Shown here: positions 36,573 to 48,730 of the stretch, one piece after another
Position numbering within the stretch: position 1 is the stretch's first letter
Layout of the letters: each line of letters starts with the position of its first letter
Assembly (NCBI GenBank): GCA_001599295.1
Contig: BCGN01000001.1
Span: 1,550,001 to 1,614,000 of the forward strand
DNA: 64,000 nucleotides
Reading direction: 5' to 3'
From: Sporopachydermia quercuum
Taxonomy: Eukaryota
Translations under genes and position numbers: made by a program
Notes under the pieces: model-generated
Told to the model about the DNA's origin: nothing
What the model saw: only the letters and a program-made list of their open reading frames with translations
The model's database searches: none

Positions 36573-38027
36573 TTACATATTCTTTTTTCTGTTATCTTTT
36601 GTAGCTTTGTTTCTTCCATAATAACAAGGGCTTATAATAACTATTAAAGAGAGCACAACCAACACTGAGCTCCACCATCTGGAAGGGAAAATATTCCATG
36701 CTGCTTCCTCAATAAACCAAACGAAAAGTGCAATCCACCAGGTATAGTTTTTGCTCAGGATAAAAGGAACCATAAAGTAGAACCATGAATAAAACTGGAA
36801 ATGCAAAGATCTTGCACAGAGAATTCCAATTAAATTCACCGTTGATAAAATATAAAACATATCAAATGGACTCAAAACACTTTGGGTGAGGGTTGGTTTC
36901 AATTCGGCTAAATCGAATATCACTTTAGGTATAAGTTTCCATTGATCACTAGCAAGTACTTGTTTAACAACCTTCAGTCCAAAAAGCATCAGTAAAAGTA
37001 GATGAATAAGCAATAATGTAGAAGCAAAAGCTTTCGATTGGAACAATTCTTCAGGGATAAATTTCCAGTTAACTGACCAATAGTAAATGAACTGTCTGCT
37101 GAAATCAAAAGCTCCTGATATATATGATGTTGCATTGCCATCGAGAAAGAAATCACTACCAACTAGCAATTGAATAATTGAGACAGAAACAAATGCAATG
37201 GCAATTGTTTGGATTAGATTCCTGTTCAGAAGAGTTATTATCAACATTCCTGGAAGAAGTAGCAAAGCATTCATTTTGATGGTTGTAGCAAATGCGTAGC
37301 TCAGCCAGCTACCAATAAAGCATAATTTTCGAGTCTTCTCCGAGGTCGCTTTAACGGATCTCTGAAGTAAATATATTGTGAGAATCACAAAAAATGTTGT
37401 GAAACAATCATTGAACAATCTAAGAATGTAAATCGAATGCAATCTCTTTGACAATACTAATAAGAAGAGCGACCATGGGGGAGCTTGAGCTTCAATGTAT
37501 ACAAGAAAAGTAGCCAACTGAGTTACTATATATAATCCGGCAAATAAATACTGGGCTTTCAGTACATTTGAGCCGTTATCTGTAATCTCTAATAAAATGT
37601 TGTATATTCTGACATATCCTGCAGGATATACTATAGGACCTGTAGCACCAGTTATCCTCTAAAAGNTTAATCAATGTTAGCAAGAGTTGGTAAAGAGTAT
37701 CGGCTATCACTTTATAAAACTTTGAAAAAGTGGCTTACAGAATAATCACGTTCTCCATTTCGTATTAATGTGATTTGCTCCATATAAGTGCTCCAATCGA
37801 TTTCCGTNTCTAGAGATAATCGTTAGTAGTTGAATAGGTGATATCAGAGAAATGCGTAGTACAGCAATGATCCAAATAGAATACAACATACAGGGCACAT
37901 ATAAGATGATCAGATAGCACAGTGCTACTTCAAAGAGCACTAACAGCGGAACATAATAAATAGAATATTTCGGCTCTGATACAAGCCGAAGAAGTCCTAA
38001 TGTCAGCCTCGGAATAACCAAAGGCAT
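36573..38027 (-). CDS. ALG3: Dol-P-Man alpha-1,3-mannosyltransferase; exons ~38027-37892, 37809-37739, 37658-36573 (start uncertain)
   Basis: Splicing restores VPYTEIDWSTYMEQ...GERDYS|RITGATGPIVYPAG; SKRLHSIYILRLFND, KMNALL, WSVNWKF, RSLHFQFYSW. Confidence 0.92.
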
Positions 38028-38972
38028 ATTCGGCTGAAGTTCCAATTGCTTCTTGAGAGGTACGCGTTGAAGAGGTCTAATTATAGAGCAATTGACGCTT
38101 CATAATATAGCAGAATCTGGTTTTGAAATAACCAAACAATTTGAAGTCTAGAATTCATTTTCAAAGTACACCTCCGCCATTTGCAGATTTTAAATTTTAG
38201 CGGTGGTTCCGAGATTATTCCGCATTTCTGTTCATCCGATCCGAATCTTTCACCTATATTTACAGATTATGTAATCAATGGTTAAACAGTATTTCATCAT
38301 TAATCAATATCGCATCTCCTTTCCAAATACTTGTATAGAGTGAGACTTCAACTTACTATAGTCTGTACTCATATTTACTTACAGTCTCATAAATACATAA
38401 CACTCCTAAATGAGGAAATTACATGGGGAACTCTCGAGATCTCAATTCACAAGTAATAACAACAACACTGAATTTTCACTATAAGAAAACAATTGTCTGT
38501 GTTGATGTTGATGGATCAATCATAACAGAGTGATCCAGTCATAAAAGCGAGTTGATAAAGTTCTTTGAAACAATACTGAGGTTTGGCTTTTGGTTTCAAA
38601 AACATTCGATTACATTTTTGAGCTTCAAGACTTTCTATGGTTTGAGAAATCATATCGCAGTTGTGTAACAATTGGACAGGTTGTCTTACCCTCTGCTGCC
38701 TGACTCTTTGATCTGGTTGAGAATTTGAAGAGCTGTTGCATCTTCAAGCGAAAGAGTACTCTCTACGGGTAATTCTATCATTTGGGTGACTTTGATTGCT
38801 TCTGTTGGCCTTTGTTGATAGTTCAATCCGATAGCAGTGGATGCTATATTGATAGGGGATCTTTAGCAACTATTCGCATATACCAGTTGCATTGATTAAT
38901 TTATATTGTGTTGAATAATTATTGACAACAGTCGTACTCAACAATAATAAGAAACACAATAAAATTNCGATA

Positions 38973-41900
38973 ATGTCACAGTTTGAATCCTTCTGGGGTT
39001 CTGAAGCTACTCGCCCTGATGGATCAATCAATGACTCAACTGGTGGTGCTCTTCACCCCGAAGGCTCAAAACAGGAGAACAACAGAATCCAAAATGGACA
39101 ACCAACGGTAATCAATCCGTTTAGCAATATATCGAATTACAATGCTGGAAGACCTGTTGCACAAATAAATTTAACAGGAAATCAATTGTTCTCTAATAAT
39201 TCCAATTTCAATACCAGCAAAAGCAACAATAATTCTCTGAATGTCATAACATCTAATCAACAGAAACTTCGAGTTCCTACAGGAAACGTGTTTCCTGTTC
39301 AACTTCCAACAAGAACAAGTGGAATGCAAATATTACCACAACAGGAAACTGAACCGCCAGCTCATGTTTCATCTTCTTCTGCATCATCACCCGCAGAGTT
39401 AGCTGCTCTATTGATTGATAAGTCTATTGATCGTGATAGCAAGTATCCACCATTAGATTCAATTTTGAATTCAACATCTCAAATTCCATACTCTGATGAA
39501 ATCCCACCTTTCCAAGCAGAAGCGGCTATTGATATTCCTAATTCAATTATTTCACTGGCCCAATCTGCTGAAACTCTTACGAAAACTGTCATTCTATCAG
39601 AAATCAGCATGCTTTGTATCATTGTTGATAGTAAATTATACCTATGGGATTATCGGCACGCAACTAAGAATCTTCATCTTCAGAATTTACCTTATACAAT
39701 TACTGGTGTTAAACTAGTAAAACCAAAACCTAATGTATTTATCCCTACTGTGAATTTCCTTCTGATTGTTGCTACAACCCAACATATTCATGTATTACCT
39801 GTGACTTCTACCCCGGGTAACCTGAAGTTTCACGAATTCCCTTTACAAGCTCCTACTCATGGCCTAGCAGTAAACGAGTTTGTGAGTGATCCCAAAACTG
39901 GTAGGGTGTTTTTTGCTGAACCAGGCACTCTGCATATATGGGAGCTTATTTATACTAACAAGGAATCATGGTTTGGTTCTAGTTGTCGGATAACTTGTTT
40001 AACAAGGTTTTTCTTAGGGACCATGTTTATGGGTATCAGTAAAACATCTGCATCAGAATTAATACACCAACATGAGCTTAGTCAGCTTGGTAGGAAATTA
40101 AGGAAAAACACGTTGGCTCAATTGGTTGTTGACAGCACGCGATCACGGCTTTATGTTCTAACAACGCGTTCTGATATCCTAACGTATGACCTATCAAATT
40201 CACAGTTCAATCATGTGGTCACATACACATTCAGAGATTTACTTGCAAATCTATTGATTATGACTGGACGAAACTCTGTATTAACAAAGAACACTCATAT
40301 AATTCGGTTATACACTATTCCTAAGCCATTATCTGATCGAATGTGTCTTGTAGCGTTAACAGATTCCGGATGTCGAATCTTCATTCGTTCTGGTAAAGCT
40401 GATTTTGTTCCTGGGCATATTATGCAAGCTGCTTCTGTTAAATTCCCCTTAGTTGGAGATGATGGAAGGGTTCTTATGACATCTTTGCCAACGTCTGAAA
40501 TATTTTTTGGATCATACTTCTTCAATTTCTTTACCTCTGGAGAATCATATCAGCCATATTTATTTGTATCTGCCCCGTCTCTTGGTCGCAATAGAGCTCT
40601 GTCAGCTGTCAGGCCTGATGAGTTCAATCAAATTATTCCTTTACCAGACCCAGTGGAAGAAATTGCTTTGGAACCTGTTGCCAATACATCGCTAGACTTA
40701 TTCAATGAATTGGCTACTCAGTTTTCTGCTCCCAGTATGAATGCTGTTGTTTTAACTTCTCGCCAGGTGATTATTTTCTCCAAACGATTACCTTATCAAG
40801 TATTCAAATCACTTGGTCCTGATAATCAATTATTCTACAATATGTACGGGGCAACAGAAAACTGTATAGCAGCACTTCATGTTTATTGTGATCGCAACTC
40901 AACACAACAAGATAAAATTAATAGTGCTAAAGCATTCCTTGATCGCTCTGAAGTTCCTAAGCATGCAAATCAAGTTGTTTCCCGCAAAGATTTCTTATCC
41001 TGTGATGATGTTTTGTTATCTGGAAAAGCATCTGGTATTGCAGGTTATTTAGGACGTATATTAAAATCTGTTTGGACGAAAAACGTGTTTGAAAAAGTGA
41101 TCAAAAATGAGCCTGATGATACTATCAATGTTACTATGGGGCTTAAACCTGGATTTATATCCGAAACACTATATAGAATAACGGAGCTAATCCATTTCAT
41201 TGACACTATTGCTGCACCGACAGATATATCAGCAAATATAAGAAATTTGGCTGATAAAACAATTACTTCTGGCAATAGCAACGGTGAGAATAACTCAACA
41301 GCAGCGTCCAATCAGAAGACTATCAATGAAGCACTGGCTGCACAATTAATGGAGCAGCGAGTTATTGATGGACTATTGAAATCCGCGAAAGGAATGAAAG
41401 AAGCTTTGGAATTCTGTTATTTATTGCTTCAGCAAACAAGAATTGATGAATTTGATAGTGACACCTCCAACAAAAGTTCTCCTTCTTCACCTGCTCATTC
41501 ATTCAGTTCGGTGTTCTCTTATGCTGAACCAAGTACTAGAAAGAAACTTCTATCAGTAAAATTCCGTAATTTGGTCATTCAAAGAGGTGCCATTGATGCA
41601 GTGAAAGGCCTCATTAAAGCTGTGATCGATAAGAATATTCACGATGGTAAAAAGATTCAAGATACAATTGAAGCCTTATTCAAATGCTGTCCGAGCTTTT
41701 GCTCAAAGGAAGACGCATTGTTATTTAGAGCTAATGAGCTATTAGAGTATGCGAAAGCTATTGGAGATCAAGATCAAAATTTAAAACGTCAAAAATTGAC
41801 AGAAGCCGTTGAAATATTTGAAAGAATATCAACTGAAGTATCATCAAGTGATGCACCATCTATTTCTTATGATTCTATTCGTTCAGCAATCAATGAATTA

Positions 41901-43520
41901 GTTCAACTATCTTTCTTTTCGGGAGCAATCTCATTTGCATTATCAATGGCAGCAGCTATTGACAAGAATAATTTATCACCAAAGATTGAGAAAAACCCTA
42001 ATGGCTTCAAAGAAAGCGAAATCAGCATTTATGAAAAGCGTATGGATCTTTATCGTACAGTTTTCATTATAATTGAATATTTAGATGAAGTGGCTGTTAA
42101 AGAAAGTGCCAACTATGAAGAATTGAAAGACAAAACACCTGCTGGTTTACTCAATCGTCATCTGCAGGCAATTCAAGTAAGAGATGAAGCTTATATTACT
42201 ATTTTCACTACCGGTGATGACTTCTTTCATTATAGCTTTTGCAACTGGTTCTGGAACAAAGGGAGATATGATAGTATTCTTGATTTCAACTCGACATTCG
42301 TTATTAATTTCTTGGAGACTAAATGTCGTGAAGTTGTTGGTAGTAGTAATAATGATTCTAAGAGTGCTTTAGAAAAAGATAATAATGATAGAGATAATAC
42401 CAAGAAAGAAAATGAGAAAGAGAATAAGAATAAGAATGAAGATATTGTTGATCTGATATGGAAATACTATACCAAGAGGAATTTATATGCACCAGCAATA
42501 GTTAGTATTAAAGAACTTGCAGAGGATAATACAATAAATCTATCGTTGTATAAACGAATTGAATTACTATCAAGAGCAAGAGGATTTTCTAATATTGCAG
42601 CCATTCCTTCTAATCAAGGTCAAATTGTTGAATTGAATAAATCCATTAAAGATTTACTAGATGTGGCTTCAATTCAAGTTGATATTATTAATGAGTTAAG
42701 CAAAAGGAGAAGAAACAGTAACTTCAATACCAGTACCAATGCTAACTCAAANAAGGAAGCTAAAGATAGTGTTCAAGATGACATTCATAATCTTGAAAAA
42801 AGAATTCTTAATTTAACTACTTTATACAATAATTATGCTAAGAAGTATAATTTGTTCAAAATATGTCTTAGCATTTTGAACGTTTCTGATAGTGGAGAAT
42901 TTGAAGAAGTTATTAATAACTGGACAGAATTATTCAATGAAATTTACCAGCAATGTTTAAATGATAACTCAAGCTTTAACCTTGGATTTGATATGTTCAA
43001 AGAGCTGATCACTGATGTTGGAACTCAATATATTACTAATAAGACAGTTTTCCCGTTAGATAAAATTGTTCAGCTACTGATATTCTTTTCCGTGAATTTG
43101 GTTGTTAATACCAATAGTAATACTGGGAATGATATTAATATCGACAGTATTATCAATAATGATGAAAGAATAGTTGATGAATTCAACTGGATCGTTAGTA
43201 TATTTATTAATAATACTAAGTTTCAGAATCAAGTATCATATCAAAGCTTATATCAAGTGTTGTTTGAATTCATTGATTACCCTGTCGAACCTTTCAATAG
43301 GAAACAATATTCTGTTGTTGCATCTAATTTGGCCATTTATACTCTTCAACAATGGTTTAATACTATTGCTGATATGGAAGATACTTTAGGCACAACGTCC
43401 AGCATTTCTGAGACAGAACTTTCACAATTGGTACAACCTTACGCTCTAATTCAGAAGGTTCAAAATCATGCTGCGAATGCCAAGGTGAGAGCTGTTAAAT
43501 CGTTATTGAATTTACAGTAA
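38973..43520 (+). CDS. NUP170: Inner-ring nucleoporin Nup170/Nup157 (Nup155 family)
   Basis: About 1515 aa; VDSKLYLWDY, VKLVKPKPNVF, ESWFGSSC, NELATQF, CPSFCSKED, RIELLSRA, LTTLYNNYA; near ALG3 and FLO8 as NUP170/NUP157 are in S. cerevisiae. Confidence 0.85.
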   Translation: MSQFESFWGSEATRPDGSINDSTGGALHPEGSKQENNRIQNGQPTVINPFSNISNYNAGRPVAQINLTGNQLFSNNSNFNTSKSNNNSLNVITSNQQKLRVPTGNVFPVQLPTRTSGMQILPQQETEPPAHVSSSSASSPAELAALLIDKSIDRDSKYPPLDSILNSTSQIPYSDEIPPFQAEAAIDIPNSIISLAQSAETLTKTVILSEISMLCIIVDSKLYLWDYRHATKNLHLQNLPYTITGVKLVKPKPNVFIPTVNFLLIVATTQHIHVLPVTSTPGNLKFHEFPLQAPTHGLAVNEFVSDPKTGRVFFAEPGTLHIWELIYTNKESWFGSSCRITCLTRFFLGTMFMGISKTSASELIHQHELSQLGRKLRKNTLAQLVVDSTRSRLYVLTTRSDILTYDLSNSQFNHVVTYTFRDLLANLLIMTGRNSVLTKNTHIIRLYTIPKPLSDRMCLVALTDSGCRIFIRSGKADFVPGHIMQAASVKFPLVGDDGRVLMTSLPTSEIFFGSYFFNFFTSGESYQPYLFVSAPSLGRNRALSAVRPDEFNQIIPLPDPVEEIALEPVANTSLDLFNELATQFSAPSMNAVVLTSRQVIIFSKRLPYQVFKSLGPDNQLFYNMYGATENCIAALHVYCDRNSTQQDKINSAKAFLDRSEVPKHANQVVSRKDFLSCDDVLLSGKASGIAGYLGRILKSVWTKNVFEKVIKNEPDDTINVTMGLKPGFISETLYRITELIHFIDTIAAPTDISANIRNLADKTITSGNSNGENNSTAASNQKTINEALAAQLMEQRVIDGLLKSAKGMKEALEFCYLLLQQTRIDEFDSDTSNKSSPSSPAHSFSSVFSYAEPSTRKKLLSVKFRNLVIQRGAIDAVKGLIKAVIDKNIHDGKKIQDTIEALFKCCPSFCSKEDALLFRANELLEYAKAIGDQDQNLKRQKLTEAVEIFERISTEVSSSDAPSISYDSIRSAINELVQLSFFSGAISFALSMAAAIDKNNLSPKIEKNPNGFKESEISIYEKRMDLYRTVFIIIEYLDEVAVKESANYEELKDKTPAGLLNRHLQAIQVRDEAYITIFTTGDDFFHYSFCNWFWNKGRYDSILDFNSTFVINFLETKCREVVGSSNNDSKSALEKDNNDRDNTKKENEKENKNKNEDIVDLIWKYYTKRNLYAPAIVSIKELAEDNTINLSLYKRIELLSRARGFSNIAAIPSNQGQIVELNKSIKDLLDVASIQVDIINELSKRRRNSNFNTSTNANSXKEAKDSVQDDIHNLEKRILNLTTLYNNYAKKYNLFKICLSILNVSDSGEFEEVINNWTELFNEIYQQCLNDNSSFNLGFDMFKELITDVGTQYITNKTVFPLDKIVQLLIFFSVNLVVNTNSNTGNDINIDSIINNDERIVDEFNWIVSIFINNTKFQNQVSYQSLYQVLFEFIDYPVEPFNRKQYSVVASNLAIYTLQQWFNTIADMEDTLGTTSSISETELSQLVQPYALIQKVQNHAANAKVRAVKSLLNLQ

Positions 43521-44332
43521 ATGTATTTCTTTCACTGACATACTAGTGGAAATCGAATGGAGTATGAAGGATAAATGATGGAATAAATGAAAATTGACAA
43601 TAATGTATGCTACAAACGATACTTTCTGAACAGTATTGGTCCTACAATATAATATATCTTATCTTTGTTAGTTAACAAACAAATGTGCATAAGTAAATCT
43701 ATACTTGATATGTAAATGTTTGTTTGAATGAATAATGTCANTATGATTGAATAATCTTTGGTAATCTGCCAAGTTCACAGTGTGTATAGGTTTATTATCC
43801 TGTTGTTATAGTGAAAATTCATGCAATATCAGATTTGTATCGGTATTGTTTAAAAACCAAGGACAATAAATTAAGTACCTCGACACATACTAATAGACTA
43901 ATAGAGCCCAAAAAATTGTTTATAGTAGCAATATAGATTTAGCATAGCATTAACTATTGCTCCCATTTGATGAAAAGATCCCGTTCAATCGAATCCTATC
44001 AATGGTCAATTGCAGGAAGACACTTTAACGCATCACAATAATTGAAAGAAAGTCAAATTCCTCTAATGTTACGGAAAAAGTGCATTGAATACTATTATTA
44101 TATCCGATTTCATATGTTCTTTATCTCCCTCTTCAGCCCCCATTAGTAGTAGTAGTAATAGTAGTAGTAGACTTAACATTATTGAATTAAGGTTATTGAC
44201 GAGTGTTATTCCAGTCAACAGAAACTTTTCATCACCTTACAATAATTGCCAAAATAATAAATAGATTGAAAATTAACTCAACTTATTTTTATTCACTTGC
44301 CAGATAATCTATATTCACATTATTCATAACTA

Positions 44333-46126
44333 TCATATATCCAATTTCCCAAAACTATTAGCAAATTTCTCCATTGCATTTGGCTTCTTTGGCTTCTTTT
44401 TATTACTATTTGTTCGTACATCAAATTGTGTTTCATCTTTCTTAACCACTAGCTTTTTACCTTTAACATCATACTTATCTAAGAACTCATCCATCAAATC
44501 TTCTAAGTCATCACGTTCAGCTGACATATCGAACTCTTGATATTCTTCTTTTCCGTCATCGTTGTCATCATTATATAGCTCTTCAATTTTATCAAATCGA
44601 TCATCTAATAATGTTAATCCTTCATTGCGGAATAATGCAGAACTTGTCATCGAAAATCCTGACAAATCCGTCATTGTTCCCATCTTCCTGCGTCTGCTTC
44701 TTCTTGACGTTCCTGTTGTTCCGGCAGAAAGTAATGATGATGCAGTTGATCCTCCAGTTATCTTATTCCTCCTGTTTTTGCTATTCTTATTCTTGATATC
44801 TGGTAAATTACCGAGTTCATCTTCATTTTCAAAATCATCATCGCTATCATATTCATTTCTTCTTAAGCCAAATCGATCTGCATCTTGTTTAAAGGCTCTG
44901 AAATGAGCTTCCCATTCCTCTTCTCCTTCAAGTTTTTCGATCACTGCTCCTTGAATTTGCTTTGGTTTTCTCACTTGACCAAACTCTTCAAAATCTTCGT
45001 CAGAATTCAATCCGTCAAAATCAAAATCTTCATCATAGAATTCGTCATAATCTTCATATTCGTATTCGTCATGTAATAATTCATCTCCTATATTTCCACC
45101 TAATAATTGTTTAAACACGTCTTCATCTTCTTTATCATCTAGATCGACTTCAGGTTCGATTTCTACGGGTTCTTCTGCTTCAGTAGATTCTTCTTCATCT
45201 CTCTTTTCATTCTTTGTCCTCTTTTTAATGGTTGAAAATCTTTCTTCGGTTACAACAAATGCGTCATCTTCTAAAGCTTCTAAAGCTTCACGTAAATCAG
45301 GATTCATATCAGGTTTGAAACCAGCGATATCATCAGGTATATTTTGTTGATTTTGGTAATTTCTTTTGACTGTATACGTTGGAGGTAAAATTTCTTCTGG
45401 TAAAAGTTCAGTGATATCTTTTGGTTTCTCTTGAGCGGGTCTTGGTAAATCCTCTTTGAATANCACCCCTGTTTTCAAACCCCCTTTCTTACCAGTAGCT
45501 AAAGCTCCATGGCGCTCAACAAATACTGCATCTTTATGTTGACCAATGGGACGCAAATGTTGTGTATAGTCGTATTTTGAGTCATCAAAGAAAATACCGT
45601 AAGCTGCTGCTTCACCTACTTTATCTCCTCTTAATGGTTTGGTTTTGGTAGCCTCAGACTTCGGTATTGCTGNGGTGGCAGAACTTGAGCCAGATGAGTT
45701 ATTTGCTGTTTCATTTTTTGGCTCTATATAGTTCCTGGCAGTACTTTGTTCTTCATGGNTTTCTTCTTGTTGCTGATCGTCTANGAATTCTTCCTCAAAT
45801 TCGTCTTCAAACTTTTCTCCTAACTCTTCTTCGAAGTAACTTCCATCAGTATCTTCATTCACTAATCGTACCTCTTCATCTGCTATTAAATCATTGATAT
45901 TTGTTCCTTCTTTCTGCAATTTTTGTACAAATTCTTTCCTTGCATTGTCTTCAGCTGCTTCTAGTTGCTCCGCTATCTCACTCTGTTTCTGTTTCTGAGG
46001 GTTTGGCACTTTCACCATAACCATGCCTGGTGCATCATTATCATAGAATCGAGGATCATCATGTGAGCGATGAACCAGTACGAACTTCTCAGCATTTTTT
46101 TTGCTGAAAATGTTTCTTCTACCCAT
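44333..46126 (-). CDS. LTV1: 40S biogenesis factor Ltv1
   Basis: FSKKNAEKFVLVHRSHDDP, GEAAAYGIFFDDSKYDYTQHLRPIG, GFKPDMNPDLRE, SMTSSALFRNEGLTLLDDRF. Confidence 0.95.
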   Translation of the reverse strand: MGRRNIFSKKNAEKFVLVHRSHDDPRFYDNDAPGMVMVKVPNPQKQKQSEIAEQLEAAEDNARKEFVQKLQKEGTNINDLIADEEVRLVNEDTDGSYFEEELGEKFEDEFEEEFXDDQQQEEXHEEQSTARNYIEPKNETANNSSGSSSATXAIPKSEATKTKPLRGDKVGEAAAYGIFFDDSKYDYTQHLRPIGQHKDAVFVERHGALATGKKGGLKTGVXFKEDLPRPAQEKPKDITELLPEEILPPTYTVKRNYQNQQNIPDDIAGFKPDMNPDLREALEALEDDAFVVTEERFSTIKKRTKNEKRDEEESTEAEEPVEIEPEVDLDDKEDEDVFKQLLGGNIGDELLHDEYEYEDYDEFYDEDFDFDGLNSDEDFEEFGQVRKPKQIQGAVIEKLEGEEEWEAHFRAFKQDADRFGLRRNEYDSDDDFENEDELGNLPDIKNKNSKNRRNKITGGSTASSLLSAGTTGTSRRSRRRKMGTMTDLSGFSMTSSALFRNEGLTLLDDRFDKIEELYNDDNDDGKEEYQEFDMSAERDDLEDLMDEFLDKYDVKGKKLVVKKDETQFDVRTNSNKKKPKKPNAMEKFANSFGKLDI

Positions 46127-46267
46127 TTTAATGATTATTATGTCTAATGCTCTTTGTTTTAACTATTTGTGCGNAAAGAAACGAGCTATTTACTTTAATT
46201 GACCTTTGGAAAGATGGAATATCCTTCGATATACTTGGTTGTTTGATAAGGTGAATTCTCCTATAAT

Positions 46268-46281
46268 AAAATTTTTTTTTC
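46268..46281 (-). promoter_or_regulatory. RRPE-like element upstream of LTV1
   Basis: GAAAAAAAAATTTT on the minus strand about 150 bp upstream of the ATG. Confidence 0.5.
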
Positions 46282-47054
46282 TGCTCTGATTGCTTTTAGG
46301 AAGGAGATACTTGAGGTGGACAGCAAAAAGAATTTTTTTCCTATCTAGAAATATTGTTACCCATTTTGACTATAGATGCATGATCTATACATATGNATGC
46401 TTGTAGGGTCGCGTTTGAGTGGGAAGTATATGAAAGGAAAGATGAAGAGTCTAGGAACAAGATATTGAAATTGTGANTTTAGAAAATTATAATTAAAATT
46501 AATTTAGGAGTATAAGCTGTAGAAAAATATGGAGCAGAATTTCCACTATATTGTGCTCTATCGTTGGATATAGTATGATAGAGATAGTATAGGTGTGGTA
46601 GGCACCATAGTATAGAGTTTCTAACCGACTAACTTTATCTGGTAATTACTCATTTAAGAAGCACTCCAGATTAAGTTTAAAGGGAAGACAAAAAGAAGAA
46701 AGTAAACACTTCGAACCGTAAACAATTAGACTTGTCTCCTTATTTTACAATGCTAGGTGAAAGCAAAATCATTTCAAGAATTAGCAAATATCCTAAAAAA
46801 AGTATAATTATCTCATATTTAACTATGGAAAATGTGCTGATGTTTTCATAAATATTTGAAATAGAGGTATTGGGATAATCTGCTAAACCAAATGGGAATA
46901 AAGTTTNTAAATTAAGGTTTACGGTTTAGTTGAATCTACATTAAATGCTCTAACTTTAACTCAACAGCCAAACATTATCGTTCTCTTTGGAATTTTCAAT
47001 TGATCACTCATTCCTCTCTGTCGAATATTATTAGACCTAGAGTCGACCCGTTGC

Positions 47055-47225
47055 TTTCTTTTCTCAGCAAATGATANTAANACACAATTTACCACCATGA
47101 CAGTAGTGATTGATTCCTAGGTTCTGTTATGCTTCCCGCTCAGGAGGAATCATACGCGGTGAGCCCTTCCTCCTTTAGCAATTGGGNGGACTCAGTTTAG
47201 CGTGTAATTAGCTGAGAAATAGAAA
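47055..47225 (+). ncRNA. Candidate box C/D snoRNA with structured insert
   Basis: 14-bp terminal stem 47055-47068/47211-47225; C-like ATGATAN 47071; D' ATGA 47097; C'-like GTGATTG 47106; D CTGA 47212; rRNA-complementary segments before D' and D; UGUAG/GUAG motifs just downstream. Confidence 0.55.
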
Positions 47226-47848
47226 AAGAATGTAGATCGTAGCTGGTTTGGAAAAGTGAATAGGACATAAAATTTTAAAATGCTNATTTAATTTCAAAGC
47301 AAAAAAGGGTTTAGATACAGTTAAACTATGTTTTCACTTGTCAGTTTAAGTATGAGAATCTGCTTTCGTGAAAATCTATTTTGGATCCAATAATGTTAAC
47401 TGTTATTAGGTATTCGATTTCTATTACGTTAAGATCAGCGTCCATTGTGGCTATTTATGCCGTACCTTCACAAATTTTAATGGATAAATAAGAAACCACC
47501 TGCCAAAGTATTAGGAGCACTATGGCTGGTTAGAAAGTGAACAAAAACTATTGGTTCGTTGGGAAATTTACTAAATATGTTCAAACTTATATACGAAAGT
47601 TCATATGTATTAAGGTGAGCTGACTGCTACTGCTAATACTGCTACCATTATCATCAGAACAGCCATATAAAATGAGTATTTTAAACTACACTAACTAATA
47701 AACCGGTTACTACATAAACAATTTACTAACTAATATAACCAATTCTTGAAGCTAGTGCATCATGATGTAATACGTAAAAAATTTTTCTATCAGTAATTTC
47801 AATCTAATATTGAATACTAGTAAGATCTTATCAAATCATCTTACCAGT

Positions 47849-48730
47849 TCAGAACTTGAAAACTTGTTCCTTGGTATAGCCTAATTCCTTCAAAGCACCA
47901 GAAAGTTCACCTTGATCACTTGGAGAAACCTTATTACCAGAAATAGCTTTATATAAAGGATCAGGACCACATACAAAAATCTTAACATCTTCAGATGGAC
48001 CAGGGATGTGAGACTTCAAGAAGTCCTTCGAAATGTAACCAGTGAATCCCTCCCAAGTAGCAACCTTTGAATCAACAAAATAGTGGATCTTGAATTGATC
48101 TGGATACTTCTTTGATAATTCATCTAACTCGTTTTTCAAGATAACATCTTTTTCAGTCTTGTTACCATAAACTAGAGTGACTGTGGTCTTATCGCTAGGA
48201 TTAGAAGTAATAGCCTTAATCAACTGATACAAAGGAGTAATACCAGTACCACCACCGACTAAAACAACATCTTTATAAAGATTTGGAGTCCACTTGAACT
48301 TCAAAATTGGACCCTTGATTGATAAAGTATCGTTGGGTTTGAGGCCAAAGATATGAGAACTCATCTTACCACCATCATACTTCTTAATGATGAACTCAAC
48401 AAGTCCCTTAGCATCAGGGTCGGAAGTTGGAGTATATGGACGAATGAGATTCTTACCATTGTCTTGCAAGTATTTAGCGACAATGCAAGAAGCAACTTCT
48501 AAACCAGAAACTTGGTCAGAAGAAGGTAATTCAAAAATGAGCTTTCTGGTATCGTGAGTTAGATCAGTGAAAGACTTAAGCTTGATATCAATCCAATCAC
48601 CAGTCAAAGCTGCCTTTGCTGCTTCGTTTCTCAAAACGCTTTGTCTGTATTGATAATAAGAGAAAGCGCCAACAGCTGCTGTAGTTCCCAAAGCCAATGG
48701 AACAAATGATCTAGAGAAACTGAAAGACAT
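47849..48730 (-). CDS. MCR1: Mitochondrial NADH-cytochrome b5 reductase
   Basis: Targeting peptide plus hydrophobic anchor, RPYTP, GGKMSSH, GGTGITP, CGP, QGELSG..KELGY..EQVFKF. Confidence 0.95.
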   Translation of the reverse strand: MSFSFSRSFVPLALGTTAAVGAFSYYQYRQSVLRNEAAKAALTGDWIDIKLKSFTDLTHDTRKLIFELPSSDQVSGLEVASCIVAKYLQDNGKNLIRPYTPTSDPDAKGLVEFIIKKYDGGKMSSHIFGLKPNDTLSIKGPILKFKWTPNLYKDVVLVGGGTGITPLYQLIKAITSNPSDKTTVTLVYGNKTEKDVILKNELDELSKKYPDQFKIHYFVDSKVATWEGFTGYISKDFLKSHIPGPSEDVKIFVCGPDPLYKAISGNKVSPSDQGELSGALKELGYTKEQVFKF

